Of a stretch of 33,234 nucleotides of DNA, positions 16,748 through 26,592 are shown one piece after another; positions within the stretch are counted from its first letter, which is position 1, and each line of letters starts with the position of its first letter. This stretch comes from an archaeon (GTDB lineage: Archaea; Nanobdellota; Nanobdellia; Pacearchaeales; GW2011-AR1). Made by a program: the position numbers and the translations under genes. The notes under the pieces are model-generated. The model saw only the letters and a program-made list of their open reading frames with translations, was not told where the DNA came from and searched no databases. The stretch is taken from NCBI GenBank assembly GCA_039796495.1, contig JBDKJQ010000066.1, positions 1 to 33,234 on the forward strand, given 5' to 3'.

Positions 16748-16804
16748 AATAACCGGAAAACTACCGGAGTATAGCTATTAATAGTCTCTTTCATTAAGAT
16801 TAAT

Positions 16805-17128
16805 ATGAAAAGAGGAAAACCGCGTAATAAAAATAACAATCTCAAAAAAACAATTCTTATTACAATTTTCTCTTCAATCATTTTCAGCCTTCTGGCAGTC
16901 TACATTCAGATTAACGGTCAAAAAAGCAACAATGGTTGCAGTTATCTTGATCCTATCACAATTGACCTGCTTGCATTTATTGCTGGATTATTTTTAGTCG
17001 TAGAAGGATTTGCTCGCATTATCGAGAATAAAGATGCATTGCTCAAACAACAGTTTAGCAGAATGGTCCGCGTAGCAGGCGGATTCGCAATTATGACATT
17101 GCATGTCATGCAATTTCTGCATAAGTAA
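16805..17128 (+). CDS. small membrane protein, hypothetical
   Basis: 107 aa. Basic N-terminus followed by 2-3 hydrophobic helices. TATA-like box at 16776..16783, 25 nt upstream. Confidence 0.5.
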   Translation: MKRGKPRNKNNNLKKTILITIFSSIIFSLLAVYIQINGQKSNNGCSYLDPITIDLLAFIAGLFLVVEGFARIIENKDALLKQQFSRMVRVAGGFAIMTLHVMQFLHK

Positions 17129-19588
17129 TTAGAACTCTTCCAATCGCATCTGCTTCTTTCCTTCAATCAATTGATGCACATCAACTTTGAAAACTTCAAA
17201 AATATTCTCCACTGCCGGCAAGATCTGGTTTTTCAGGTAATAATCCATGTCATATTTTCCTTTTTCCGTCGGAAGTTTTGCCCGATCCCGGACCAAAGAC
17301 TTTTTCTCGCCACTCTCTGCAATATAATATTCTATCAGCATGCCAATGGTAACCGGCATTCCTAGTTCACGCATTTTTTTTGCAATCGTAACATGCGGAT
17401 TGATTGATTTATACTCTTCAATCGATTTTTTCAGTTGCGTTCTGATGACCAGCGAAGATAGATCCACTTTTCTCTCTTTTATTTTTTTGATGATGTCTTT
17501 GACATATTCTAGCGCTTTTTTTTCATTGCCGTTTTTTAAAATAAGCTCCAAAACCTCATTTTGCGTATCACGGGCAAGCGCGCACCAGTCCCTTCGCACC
17601 GTCTCAAATCCTCTAATTCGTAGATTTCCTGATTCATCAAGCAGGGCATATTTTTTCTTGGCACCAAGCTCGCCCGTTCGTTTTGTTACCCAAATGCCCC
17701 GTCGGTAAAATCCTTCCAAATCAAGTTCCATAATACCGGGAAGTTTTTTGTTTATTTCGTCAAGCAATGCTAACACTTCTTTTTTGCTGCGATCGCCCTG
17801 CAAAAAAGCGATGCTGTCAGTATCAGAATAAACAATTTTATAATTATTCTTTTCAATAAAAGAAATGGTTTCCTTAATCGCTGTGCGTGCAAGAGCAGCA
17901 GCCGCAGCAGCTGCCTCCCTGCAATAATATCGCGCGCCAAAAAATCCCAGATACCCGTACGAAGCATTCGTGAGTAATTTGAATGCATTGCTTCGCGCTT
18001 TCAAAATCGGCGAAGGATTTTTTGCAAGTTCTTTTTTATACTCTTTTCTTTTTTCAATAATCTCTTTCAGCATCTGGGGAAAAAATGCCTCATCTTGGGA
18101 AAAATACGCATGTTTCTCTGTAATATCAACATCCAAAGTCCCCCTTTCTTTTTTTTGACTATAGGAGGATTTTGAAAGATTATATGAAACAATGACGCTG
18201 CCGTACATGCTCGTGAAATCAAAAAAAACCACGTCCTCATACAATCCCGGCGTAGGCTGAAATACAAACGCGCCCTCGTATTTTTCCTCGTCTTTTCGTG
18301 CTCCTATTTCGTCATAATGGGGTCGTTTCTCAATGATTTCGTTAAAGGGGGCAATATGATGGATGACATAATTTTCAACCTGTGCAGACATCGAATCACG
18401 CGAAACGTCAAACAACGGCTCCTGAATAATCGTTGTAAACTCTAATAGGTCAGGCCATAATTTTTTAGTGAGCTTGTACGTAAGAATTGAATCCTGCAGG
18501 TTATATTCAAAATAATCGTCCCATTCATGGTCAGCTATTTTTGAAGAATGCTTGTGCGTCCATTCATGTTTCTTCTCTCCTAAAAATTCGCTTGCAACTT
18601 CATTTAATGAAAGTGTTTCTGACTGCATGTATTGCGCATAGGTAACCCTGATAAACCGCAATAAATCAATATGAACAATACCTTTTATTTTTCCAGTGGT
18701 TAATCTCCCGCGTGAAAACGCGGGCGAAGAGCCATCAATACCCAAAGGTAGTTTCATACTGTTTTTATCAGCACGCGCCCGCAAATAAGGCAAATCAAAA
18801 CCATCAGAAAAATACCCGACAAGAATATCTGGATCATATGCCTTAACAGCGCTTGCAAACTGCTCAAGCATCGCCCCTTCATCCTTAAAATGCTCGACAT
18901 ATTTTTTCCCCGATGCTTTTTTCCAGCTCAAAACCTTTTTAAAATTCTCTCCCACAAGACTTATCATCACAATAGATCCTTTACCGATTTCAAATTCATC
19001 TGTCTCAATGTCATACGCCAGTATTTTTGGCGTAAACACCTTTTGTTTTTCTTCCGGTATTATACTAATTTTTTCCGCCTTCAGGCATAATTCAACGTCA
19101 AGACTTTTATCGATGCCGCCAAACTCAGAGGAGTTATTCAGCATTTCTCCTTCAATCTCATGCCATAACAAAGGCTGCAATTTTCTCTCAAGAATATAAC
19201 GCGTCATAAAAGGAATATCATACTCGCGTATCTTTTCTATTTCCTTGCAATCAATCTGCTGAGAAATCTCATATGCATCTTTATGATTGCTGATAAATAC
19301 TTTTATAGCACGAACTTCTTTTTCCAGAAAATATTTTCTATGAGCCTCGGTTTTCAGAACAGAAGATTCTCTTCCTGCATTGTGCAGCCGAATTTTTTCT
19401 ATTTTTTTTTGTATTTCATTCATTCTTTTCTCGGAAACTCCTTCCTTGAGCACAACCCAGAAAAAAACATCACACGAGTCAATCATGCACATGCGCTTGC
19501 CCTTGTCAGTTCTTCCAATTATTTTTGCATAGTTCCTGCCTTCAAAATCAAAATAGTCATAGTCTATCGGAACAAAGGTTGCTTTCAT
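17129..19588 (-). CDS. polB: DNA polymerase, family B
   Basis: 819 aa. Exo I LAYDIETDE, Pol A DFTSMYGSVI, Pol B KLLTNASYGYLG, Pol C YSDTDSI. Confidence 0.93.
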   Translation of the reverse strand: MKATFVPIDYDYFDFEGRNYAKIIGRTDKGKRMCMIDSCDVFFWVVLKEGVSEKRMNEIQKKIEKIRLHNAGRESSVLKTEAHRKYFLEKEVRAIKVFISNHKDAYEISQQIDCKEIEKIREYDIPFMTRYILERKLQPLLWHEIEGEMLNNSSEFGGIDKSLDVELCLKAEKISIIPEEKQKVFTPKILAYDIETDEFEIGKGSIVMISLVGENFKKVLSWKKASGKKYVEHFKDEGAMLEQFASAVKAYDPDILVGYFSDGFDLPYLRARADKNSMKLPLGIDGSSPAFSRGRLTTGKIKGIVHIDLLRFIRVTYAQYMQSETLSLNEVASEFLGEKKHEWTHKHSSKIADHEWDDYFEYNLQDSILTYKLTKKLWPDLLEFTTIIQEPLFDVSRDSMSAQVENYVIHHIAPFNEIIEKRPHYDEIGARKDEEKYEGAFVFQPTPGLYEDVVFFDFTSMYGSVIVSYNLSKSSYSQKKERGTLDVDITEKHAYFSQDEAFFPQMLKEIIEKRKEYKKELAKNPSPILKARSNAFKLLTNASYGYLGFFGARYYCREAAAAAAALARTAIKETISFIEKNNYKIVYSDTDSIAFLQGDRSKKEVLALLDEINKKLPGIMELDLEGFYRRGIWVTKRTGELGAKKKYALLDESGNLRIRGFETVRRDWCALARDTQNEVLELILKNGNEKKALEYVKDIIKKIKERKVDLSSLVIRTQLKKSIEEYKSINPHVTIAKKMRELGMPVTIGMLIEYYIAESGEKKSLVRDRAKLPTEKGKYDMDYYLKNQILPAVENIFEVFKVDVHQLIEGKKQMRLEEF

Positions 19589-19608
19589 ATCCTATAAAAA
19601 AGAAGGAA

Positions 19609-19618
19609 TTATTTAAAG
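19609..19618 (-). promoter_or_regulatory. TATA-like box for polB
   Basis: Minus-strand CTTTAAATAA centred 26 nt upstream of the ATG at 19588. Confidence 0.45.
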
Positions 19619-19650
19619 ATGACTTTTAATCTATTTGTCTCAACAATCTC

Positions 19651-20766
19651 TCAACCGGTAATCTCCCGTACCATTCCCAGAATAAAAATCAGGCTGAGGA
19701 TACTGATGACAAGCCAATGAATGCTCATCACATATTCTGGTCTTCGATCGCCGAGCTTTTTTGATTGCCTGTTCATAAGTAAGATCATAATTGCCGTGAT
19801 GCCTCCGGAAACAACACCTCCAATACCTAAAATAGAAATAAAACTCAATCGATTAAAAAAATGCAATAGCAAATAAATAAGCAAAGGCACAATACTCATC
19901 AGAAGATAGCTCATCTTTTTTGAGCATTTCAAATCAAGCCGGTACACATCTTTTAGCGCAAAGCTCAACGTAAAATAGGCAGTGAACATCGTCAGAATAC
20001 CGAGCAGCGTAAATAATTTTCCCAGGCCAATCGTCGCAACTTCAGGAATCTTTTCAAAAGCACCAACAATCGTAAAACTAAAAATTGCATACAAGATGAT
20101 AGGAATCAACACGCCCAATATGATCGCCTTCTTGAATTTTTTCTCGCTTCCTTTGATGATCATTTCCAGTTCTGGAATAGAATTAAATCCCATCAGTGCA
20201 AATAATATCACGCCAAACGGCAGAAAAAAATACTGAGGGGAAACAGCATAGATATATTCTGATTGTACGCGCGGTAGATACAGAACAGCGATCAATAAAA
20301 TAATACCAATAACTCCCAACACTCCATAGGTGGAAATTTTTCTAAAACCCCGTAATCCTTCACGTAATAATAAGGTCATAAGGAGCCAAAATCCACACGC
20401 AAAATACACGGCATAATCAACAGAGCCAGTGAAAATATACGACAAACTCTGTCCCTCACCGATCAGATAGGCAAGCAGTGCCGAATACACACCAAACAGC
20501 ACTGAAAAAAACATGAGTATCTTCCACTTTTTCCCAAGATATTTTTCAGTATAGCCAATCAATTGCAGTTTCGCTTTTGTCCGGAGTGCAACTTCACCCA
20601 AGCATAAAAAAAGATATAGCATGATTGCACCGATAATAACCAGCCAGAATAAGCCAATAAAAAATCCTGCCTGCGAAAAGACAAAAGGTAATCCTAAAAT
20701 ACCCGCACCAATAATATTTCCTGACAAAGTAAATGCAGTTCCCAGGAATTTATTGTTAAATTTCAT
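19651..20766 (-). CDS. Amino acid permease/transporter (Aa_trans / Trp-Tyr permease-like), polytopic membrane protein
   Basis: 371 aa with about 10-11 hydrophobic helices. N-terminal GNIIGAGILGLPFVFSQAG is typical of this transporter superfamily. Confidence 0.7.
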   Translation of the reverse strand: MKFNNKFLGTAFTLSGNIIGAGILGLPFVFSQAGFFIGLFWLVIIGAIMLYLFLCLGEVALRTKAKLQLIGYTEKYLGKKWKILMFFSVLFGVYSALLAYLIGEGQSLSYIFTGSVDYAVYFACGFWLLMTLLLREGLRGFRKISTYGVLGVIGIILLIAVLYLPRVQSEYIYAVSPQYFFLPFGVILFALMGFNSIPELEMIIKGSEKKFKKAIILGVLIPIILYAIFSFTIVGAFEKIPEVATIGLGKLFTLLGILTMFTAYFTLSFALKDVYRLDLKCSKKMSYLLMSIVPLLIYLLLHFFNRLSFISILGIGGVVSGGITAIMILLMNRQSKKLGDRRPEYVMSIHWLVISILSLIFILGMVREITG

Positions 20767-20825
20767 TTACCCTCTTTTTATTCTAGAACAATTAATAATT
20801 TAAATACGTTTTCCCTCTGCTTAGC

Positions 20826-21176
20826 ATGGGTTTGGATATTCCTTGTGGATTAGTCTACGGAAATAAAATTGATGGAACCACAAAAATAATTTATCATCTT
20901 GTTCTCGCAACCGATCCGCAGTCAGATTCGTATGCCGAAGAAATGATGTACGTTCATCGTTCAGGAACCCTCGTTGTGAATCACACGCGCCATGCAAGAA
21001 GTATTGCCGGGTTTTTCGAACAATTAGCTGATCAAAAAATATTTTTATTATCAGATCACCAATTCTCTGATTTCCGGAATTTTTATGATAACCGAAGAGA
21101 TACAAATTTTTCAAGAAGTCAATTCTATGATAAGTATCCTCCTTCTTCACGGCTCGTTCAAACAGCTACATTATAA
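20826..21176 (+). CDS. hypothetical protein
   Basis: 116-aa ORF. Third codon positions are strongly A/T-biased, matching real genes here. TATA-like box at 20799..20806, about 24 nt upstream. It competes with the antisense GTG-initiated ORF 20821..21150. Confidence 0.45.
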   Translation: MGLDIPCGLVYGNKIDGTTKIIYHLVLATDPQSDSYAEEMMYVHRSGTLVVNHTRHARSIAGFFEQLADQKIFLLSDHQFSDFRNFYDNRRDTNFSRSQFYDKYPPSSRLVQTATL

Positions 21177-21199
21177 AGAGCTGTACACTAATCAATAAC

Positions 21200-21209
21200 T
21201 TATTAAATA
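21200..21209 (+). promoter_or_regulatory. TATA-like box for tRNA-Arg
   Basis: TTATTAAATA centred 26 nt upstream of tRNA position 1. Confidence 0.45.
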
Positions 21210-21230
21210 CTTATTTCGTGAAAAAACCAA

Positions 21231-21302
21231 GAGCCTGTAGTTTAATGGATAGAATAAGCGGCTTCGGACCGCTTGATCGGGGTTCGATTCCTCGCAGGCT
21301 CA
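21231..21302 (+). tRNA. tRNA-Arg (anticodon UCG)
   Basis: Hand-folded cloverleaf. Acceptor GAGCCTG/CAGGCTC. D arm with GG loop. Anticodon stem AGCGG/CCGCT with loop CTTCGGA (TCG at 34-36, G37). T arm CGGGG/CCTCG with loop TTCGATT. Discriminator A. No encoded CCA and no intron. Confidence 0.9.
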
Positions 21303-21348
21303 TTTTATATCTAAGAAACTCTTAAAAACTACTTTTTATTATCTAATC

Positions 21349-22842
21349 ATGGACAAGCAAAAAAAAATCGACATTATTAAACAATTTCAGAAAGAAATTA
21401 TTCTTCTTGGTCAGATAGGAGGATTATTGGGTTGGGATCAGCAAACATACATGCCAAAGCAAGCTGCTTCAGGAAGGGCTGAGCAGGATGCACTCATGAG
21501 CAGCCTCATTCATCAAAAGGTTACCGACGATACATTTTTCAATGCGATACAGCAGTTACAAAAAGAAAAACTTGATCCAAGGACACAAAAGCTCGTGGAA
21601 AAAACAGCCAAGGATTTGCAAAAATCACGAAAACTTCCGCCAGAGTTCGTTGAAGAATTATCGAGGACAACCTCGCTTGCATTTACTGCATGGCTTGAGG
21701 CGCGAGAAAAAAATGATTTTAAAATATTCCAGCCGCATTTGGAAAAAGTTGTCGCCTTAAAGCGAAAACAGGCAGATTATCTTGCGCTGTATCCTCATCG
21801 TTATAACTCATTACTCGACGACTATGAAGAAGGCATGACGATTGAAAAATTAAAACCGTTCTTTGAAGAATTAAAAGGCGGACTTCTCAAATTATTAGAA
21901 AAAATAAAAATCTCAAAGCAATACAAAAATCAGAAAATAAACCTATTGAACAAGAAATTCCCAAAAGAAATGCAAGTAGAACTTGCAACTGACGTATTTC
22001 GAAGAATTGGATTGCCAGAACAAAGTTCACGCATCGATTTCGCCGAGCATCCGTTTGAAACAAGATTAGGAGTAAATGACATTCGAATCACGACAAACGT
22101 CAGAAGCGATCCCCTTTTTTCATTCACGTCAACAATTCATGAAGCAGGGCATGCATTATATGAAATGCATCTGTCAGAAAAAGCACGCTACGACTTTTTG
22201 GAAAGTTCTCCCAGTCACGGCATGCACGAATCGCAATCCAGATTCTGGGAATTATTCATCGGTGGAAGCAAAGCGTTTTGGAATTTTTATTTTCCTCAGT
22301 TCAATAAAAAATTCGATCTCAAAACAAGTATGGAAAACTGGTACAATGAAATTAATCAGGTTGAACCTTCACTCATCAGGATAGAATCAGATGAAGTGCA
22401 TTACTGCCTGCACATTATCCTCAGATTTGAGCTTGAAGTCGGTTTATTAGAGGGAAGTATCCAGGTAAAAGACCTTCCAAAATTATGGAATGAAAAAATG
22501 CAAACCTATTTCGGTATAACGCCAAAGACAGACAAAGAAGGCGTGCTGCAGGATGTGCACTGGTCAGGCGGCTCATTAGGCTATTTCCCGACGTACGCGA
22601 TCGGAACTGTGTACGCATCACAATTATATGCTGCACTGAAAAAAAACCTACCTGCTATAGAAAAAGATATTCAGAAAGGAGATTTCTCAAAAATCAGGGA
22701 ATGGCTGAAGCAAAATCTGCACGTGCATGGAGCATTCTACCTCGCTGACGACTTAATTAAAAAAACAACAGGAGAAGGATTGAACCCAAAAATTTTTATT
22801 GATTATTTGAATGAGAAGTATAAGGAAATTTACAAATTCTAA
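21349..22842 (+). CDS. M32-family metallocarboxypeptidase (Taq/Pfu-type thermostable carboxypeptidase 1 family)
   Basis: 497 aa. HEAGHALYE (HExxH), HESQSRFWE, DVHWS, GYFPTY. Confidence 0.88.
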   Translation: MDKQKKIDIIKQFQKEIILLGQIGGLLGWDQQTYMPKQAASGRAEQDALMSSLIHQKVTDDTFFNAIQQLQKEKLDPRTQKLVEKTAKDLQKSRKLPPEFVEELSRTTSLAFTAWLEAREKNDFKIFQPHLEKVVALKRKQADYLALYPHRYNSLLDDYEEGMTIEKLKPFFEELKGGLLKLLEKIKISKQYKNQKINLLNKKFPKEMQVELATDVFRRIGLPEQSSRIDFAEHPFETRLGVNDIRITTNVRSDPLFSFTSTIHEAGHALYEMHLSEKARYDFLESSPSHGMHESQSRFWELFIGGSKAFWNFYFPQFNKKFDLKTSMENWYNEINQVEPSLIRIESDEVHYCLHIILRFELEVGLLEGSIQVKDLPKLWNEKMQTYFGITPKTDKEGVLQDVHWSGGSLGYFPTYAIGTVYASQLYAALKKNLPAIEKDIQKGDFSKIREWLKQNLHVHGAFYLADDLIKKTTGEGLNPKIFIDYLNEKYKEIYKF

Positions 22843-23178
22843 TTAAGCTAATTTCGAACCATTTCCCACTTTTCTTTCAGGTTGTGCTAAAACAACTTCT
22901 CCATTTTCACCTACAAATCCCGTAGTCAAAAACTCTGAAATAAAACTGCCAATCTGTTTCGGAGGAAAGTTAACAATACCAATAATTTGTTTTCCAAGAA
23001 GTTCTTTTTTATCATAAAGTTTAGTTATCTGTGCACTTGATTTCTTGATTCCTAATTCACCAAAATCTGCCCATAACTTATATGCAGGCTTCTTTACTTC
23101 AGGGTAATCTTCTATCTTTATGATGGTTCCTACTCTAATTTCAACTTTCTCAAAGTCATTCCAACTAATAGTCTCCAT
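22843..23178 (-). CDS. csaA: tRNA-binding domain protein (CsaA/Trbp111-like OB fold)
   Basis: VEIRVGTIIKIEDYPEVKKPAYKLWADFG...GIVNFPPKQIG is the CsaA/EMAP-type fold. The ORF track extends to 23214, but the TATA-like box at 23200..23207 lies inside that extension. The box is 26 nt upstream of the ATG at 23178 (METISW...), which matches the usual family N-terminus. Confidence 0.8.
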   Translation of the reverse strand: METISWNDFEKVEIRVGTIIKIEDYPEVKKPAYKLWADFGELGIKKSSAQITKLYDKKELLGKQIIGIVNFPPKQIGSFISEFLTTGFVGENGEVVLAQPERKVGNGSKLA

Positions 23179-23235
23179 TTTTTTATTAATGACAATTCCT
23201 TTAAAAAGTATCACATTCTACGTCATTTCCCAATA

Positions 23236-23244
23236 TTTATAAAA
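23236..23244 (+). promoter_or_regulatory. TATA-like box for proS
   Basis: TTTATAAAA centred 26 nt upstream of the ATG at 23266. Confidence 0.45.
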
Positions 23245-23265
23245 CCCCTCCTCCTCTTTTCTGTA

Positions 23266-24744
23266 ATGAAACCTGCTAAAGAAACAACAGAAAAAAAAGA
23301 ATCAAAAGAAATAAAAGACAATAAAGGAATTACCGTTGAAAAAGATAATTTTTCTGAATGGTTCACGCAATTAATGATAAAAGCAGAACTTGCTGATTAC
23401 TCAAAAGTTTCCGGCTGCATCGTGTTTAGGCCTGCATCCTACGCGATCTGGGAAAAATTAGTGAAAGAAATTGACACACAATTTAAAAAAATAGGAATAA
23501 AAAATGCATACTTCCCTCTGCTTATTCCTGAAAGCTTGCTGACAAAAGAACAGGATCATGTTCAGGGATTTACGCCGGAAGTTGCCTGGGTGACGCATGC
23601 GGGTGACAAAAAATTAGATGAAAAACTTGCAGTAAGGCCAACAAGTGAAGCAATCATTTACGATTCATACGCAAAATGGGTTCGCTCTTGGAAAGATCTG
23701 CCGCTTAGAATAAATATCTGGAACTCTGTCGTGCGGTGGGAATTCAAGCATCCCGTGCCGTTTTTAAGAACCCGAGAATTCTTATGGCAGGAAGGTCACA
23801 ATGTCTACGCAACACACGAAGAACTGCTTAATGACAGGGATAAAATTTTAAGCATATATGAAAATTTCTTAAAAGATTTCATGGCCTTGCCCGCCCTCGT
23901 CGGGAAAAAAACAGACAAAGAAAAATTTGCCGGCGCTGTTGATACATATTCTATAGAACTGCTTATGCCCAATGGAAAAGCAATTCAGGGTCCGGATTAT
24001 CATGATGATGGGCAGAACTTTGCGAAAGCATACAACATAGAATTTCTCAATAAAGAAAGCAAAAAAGAACATGCATATCAATCAACCTACGCCATAACAA
24101 CACGAATGCTTGGAGTTATGTTCGCCATTCATTCTGACGAAAAAGGATTGATCATCCCGCCAAAACTTGCAGAGCATCAGCTCGTTATTGTTCCTATTCT
24201 GACAAAAGATGACAAGCAGAAAGTGTTAAAAGAAGCAGAAAAAATAAAAAAAGATCTTGCAGCATTCAATCCAAAGATTGACGAGAGGGAAGAATATTCT
24301 CCCGGCTGGAAATTCAGCGAATGGGAATTAAAAGGAATTCCATTAAGGATTGAAATCGGGCCAAAAGACTTGGAAAAAAAACAGGCAGTGATTGTGAAAA
24401 GAACCGACGGAAAAAAGAAAGAGGTAAAATTAACACAACTCAAAAAAGAAGTTGAAAAGGCACTTGAAGAAATCCAGAAAGAATTATACGATAAGGCGGA
24501 AAAAAAACTCAAAGAAAGCATGACAAAAGCAGAGAGCGTAAAAGAATTGCAAAATGCTGTTGCCAATAAAAAAATCGCGCTGGTTCCGCTCTGTAGCTCA
24601 CCCGAATGTGAAGACGTCATCAAAGAAAAAACAACCGGAATAAAAACACTCAACATGCCGCTCGAGCAATCCGCAAAAGGAAAAAAGTGCATTCAATGCA
24701 ATCAGCCGGCAGCATATCTGGTGTACATGGGGAAAAGTTATTGA
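23266..24744 (+). CDS. proS: Prolyl-tRNA synthetase, archaeal/eukaryotic type
   Basis: 492 aa. Class II motifs (FRPASYAIWE, AVRPTSEAIIY, RTREFLWQEGH), an anticodon-binding domain, and a Cys-rich C-terminal domain ending in Tyr. Confidence 0.93.
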   Translation: MKPAKETTEKKESKEIKDNKGITVEKDNFSEWFTQLMIKAELADYSKVSGCIVFRPASYAIWEKLVKEIDTQFKKIGIKNAYFPLLIPESLLTKEQDHVQGFTPEVAWVTHAGDKKLDEKLAVRPTSEAIIYDSYAKWVRSWKDLPLRINIWNSVVRWEFKHPVPFLRTREFLWQEGHNVYATHEELLNDRDKILSIYENFLKDFMALPALVGKKTDKEKFAGAVDTYSIELLMPNGKAIQGPDYHDDGQNFAKAYNIEFLNKESKKEHAYQSTYAITTRMLGVMFAIHSDEKGLIIPPKLAEHQLVIVPILTKDDKQKVLKEAEKIKKDLAAFNPKIDEREEYSPGWKFSEWELKGIPLRIEIGPKDLEKKQAVIVKRTDGKKKEVKLTQLKKEVEKALEEIQKELYDKAEKKLKESMTKAESVKELQNAVANKKIALVPLCSSPECEDVIKEKTTGIKTLNMPLEQSAKGKKCIQCNQPAAYLVYMGKSY

Positions 24745-24756
24745 TCTGTAACAAAA

Positions 24757-24764
24757 TTTATAAA
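24757..24764 (+). promoter_or_regulatory. TATA-like box for small ORF 24786..24941
   Basis: TTTATAAA centred about 25 nt upstream of the ATG at 24786. Confidence 0.4.
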
Positions 24765-24785
24765 TCTGACTTTTATACCTAGTTA

Positions 24786-24941
24786 ATGAAATCATTAATC
24801 GATCGATTGAATCTATTCAATACAGATCCTGATGATTTTGGGATACCTGATGCAGAATCAGATGCATTGGGAGATGATGAAGACTCCTTTGATCAAGGAT
24901 ACTCGAGTTCTTACATCAGAGCTTCTCAATATACTCTTTGA
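24786..24941 (+). CDS. small acidic protein (51 aa), hypothetical
   Basis: Below the ORF-track cutoff; I translated it by hand: MKSLIDRLNLFNTDPDDFGIPDAESDALGDDEDSFDQGYSSSYIRASQYTL*. Supported only by the canonical promoter spacing. Confidence 0.4.
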   Translation: MKSLIDRLNLFNTDPDDFGIPDAESDALGDDEDSFDQGYSSSYIRASQYTL

Positions 24942-24999
24942 TTCTGGATAAAAATTTAAGCACCAAAAAATTTAAAAGTAATTATTTCTGAGAAACTTA

Positions 25000-25527
25000 A
25001 TGGTTAACGATTTAACAAGTGAAGAACTTGCAAAAAGATATGTTCATTTTACTGAGAAAGTATATGGGGAGCAATTGAGAATCTTAAATCCTGCAGCATC
25101 TTTTGAATTTTTTTCATATCAAGATTTAGAGGACTTGGTATTAGAGCAATTAAATTTATATCCCCTTATCATGCGTGAGAGTGTGAGAAACAATCTTCCG
25201 GTTCCAGATCCTCCTTCATTGCATTACACTGTTTTTTTCATTAAACACCCGGATTTGCCTCATTTGTATCCGCAGATCGATCCATTTTCTCTTTCCGAAG
25301 ATCAACTTGAAAGATTAGTACGAGCTGTATTTCCTGAAGAGGTTTTAGGTGAAGTAGAGGATCTTATTCTTCGGGCAAAACGCCAACAGATACGAGAGGA
25401 TTATAAACTTTCCCATAACAACAGTAGATCGCAAGGAGGAAAAAGTTCTCCTAAAAAAGCCAGAAGTCCGTCTTACACGCCGTATGCTCGTGCTCGAAAT
25501 TGTAACGGCGGCGGACATAATTATTAA
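25000..25527 (+). CDS. hypothetical protein
   Basis: 175 aa. TATA-like box at 24971..24978, 26 nt upstream. Basic, Ser/Pro-rich C-terminal tail. The 3' end overlaps the convergent dys gene by 4 nt. Confidence 0.55.
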   Translation: MVNDLTSEELAKRYVHFTEKVYGEQLRILNPAASFEFFSYQDLEDLVLEQLNLYPLIMRESVRNNLPVPDPPSLHYTVFFIKHPDLPHLYPQIDPFSLSEDQLERLVRAVFPEEVLGEVEDLILRAKRQQIREDYKLSHNNSRSQGGKSSPKKARSPSYTPYARARNCNGGGHNY

Positions 25528-26567
25528 TCAACAAAACACTTCGCCACAATCAACGGAAATAAAATAGTTGCATCACCAAACACCTTGATTGACGCAAGGC
25601 CTTTTTCTTTTCCCGCAGGTTTTAATTTCCCCCAGGAAACTGCCTCATCTGGCCGTGCATTACTATCCGCACCATCCCATTCTTCGCCGGTGTTAATATA
25701 CACTGAATACTCTGCACCATTGCGCATCATGTTTGCATTCAGGATATGATGTTTCATAATCCCTTTTCCTAAAATAATAAGTCCTGTTTTTTTCCGCGTG
25801 ATCGTAAACTCGTTCAATTCATGAATATCGTCGGTGATATCCATCTTAAAGTCAGGATGTTTGTATTTGAAAAAATGAATCATATCTCCGAGCGAGCCGT
25901 CGGTGATTGCGGGGCAGTACACCGCTATATCGTTCTTCCAGCACCAATAATAGATACTCTCTTTGTTATTAATTTTCTCGCCCAATCGTTTGATAAACTG
26001 GCTCACCGAGATAATCTTCCCTGTTTTCTTCTGCTCCGCATACAATTCCTCCAAAATCGGCATGATAAACGCTTCAGATGCGACGTAGCGCGCGTTAGGA
26101 ACTAAAATATTTCCCGTTCGATTAACTCCCTGTTCACGCAACAGTTCCCCTGATTCAGAAAATGTTCCGATTTTAAAATCACCAAAACATTTCACAAAAT
26201 CTTCCTCAATACCTCCCGCTGTTGTCACAATGACATCAATCTTTTTGTGTTCAGCAAGATAGCGAAAAACATCGCGTAAACCTGATGTCACCATATTCGA
26301 CGTATAACCCAAAAAGATTGTGACCTTCTCTTCCCGCATCTTTCGAATAATCTCAAGTGCCTGCGCAAAATGCGTTGCCTGAAAACCAGTAGTTAAATAA
26401 CTATCAAGCAACTTCTCATAATTAACTTTCCCTCGGACAAAATCATTAAAATCAAATCCTCTGACAGAAAGGCCTGTCGGCTCTTTCGACGAGAAAAGAA
26501 CATTTTCCCGCCCAATCTTTTCGATAGTTTTCTTAAGTGTTGTAGTTTTTGTAGCCATAATAATCAA
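25524..26567 (-). CDS. dys: Deoxyhypusine synthase
   Basis: 347 aa. GYTSNMVTSGLRD, TTAGGIEEDF, and the catalytic-Lys context NARPDEAVSWGK. Confidence 0.92.
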   Translation of the reverse strand: MIIMATKTTTLKKTIEKIGRENVLFSSKEPTGLSVRGFDFNDFVRGKVNYEKLLDSYLTTGFQATHFAQALEIIRKMREEKVTIFLGYTSNMVTSGLRDVFRYLAEHKKIDVIVTTAGGIEEDFVKCFGDFKIGTFSESGELLREQGVNRTGNILVPNARYVASEAFIMPILEELYAEQKKTGKIISVSQFIKRLGEKINNKESIYYWCWKNDIAVYCPAITDGSLGDMIHFFKYKHPDFKMDITDDIHELNEFTITRKKTGLIILGKGIMKHHILNANMMRNGAEYSVYINTGEEWDGADSNARPDEAVSWGKLKPAGKEKGLASIKVFGDATILFPLIVAKCFVD

Positions 26568-26592
26568 AATAAATTTAATAGAAGTACAACTA

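Noticed and set aside
20821-21150. Minus-strand 109-aa ORF as the real gene at this locus
   Set aside because: It has a GTG start, and its third codon positions lack the A/T bias seen in genuine genes here. The + strand ORF fits better, but this is not fully excluded.
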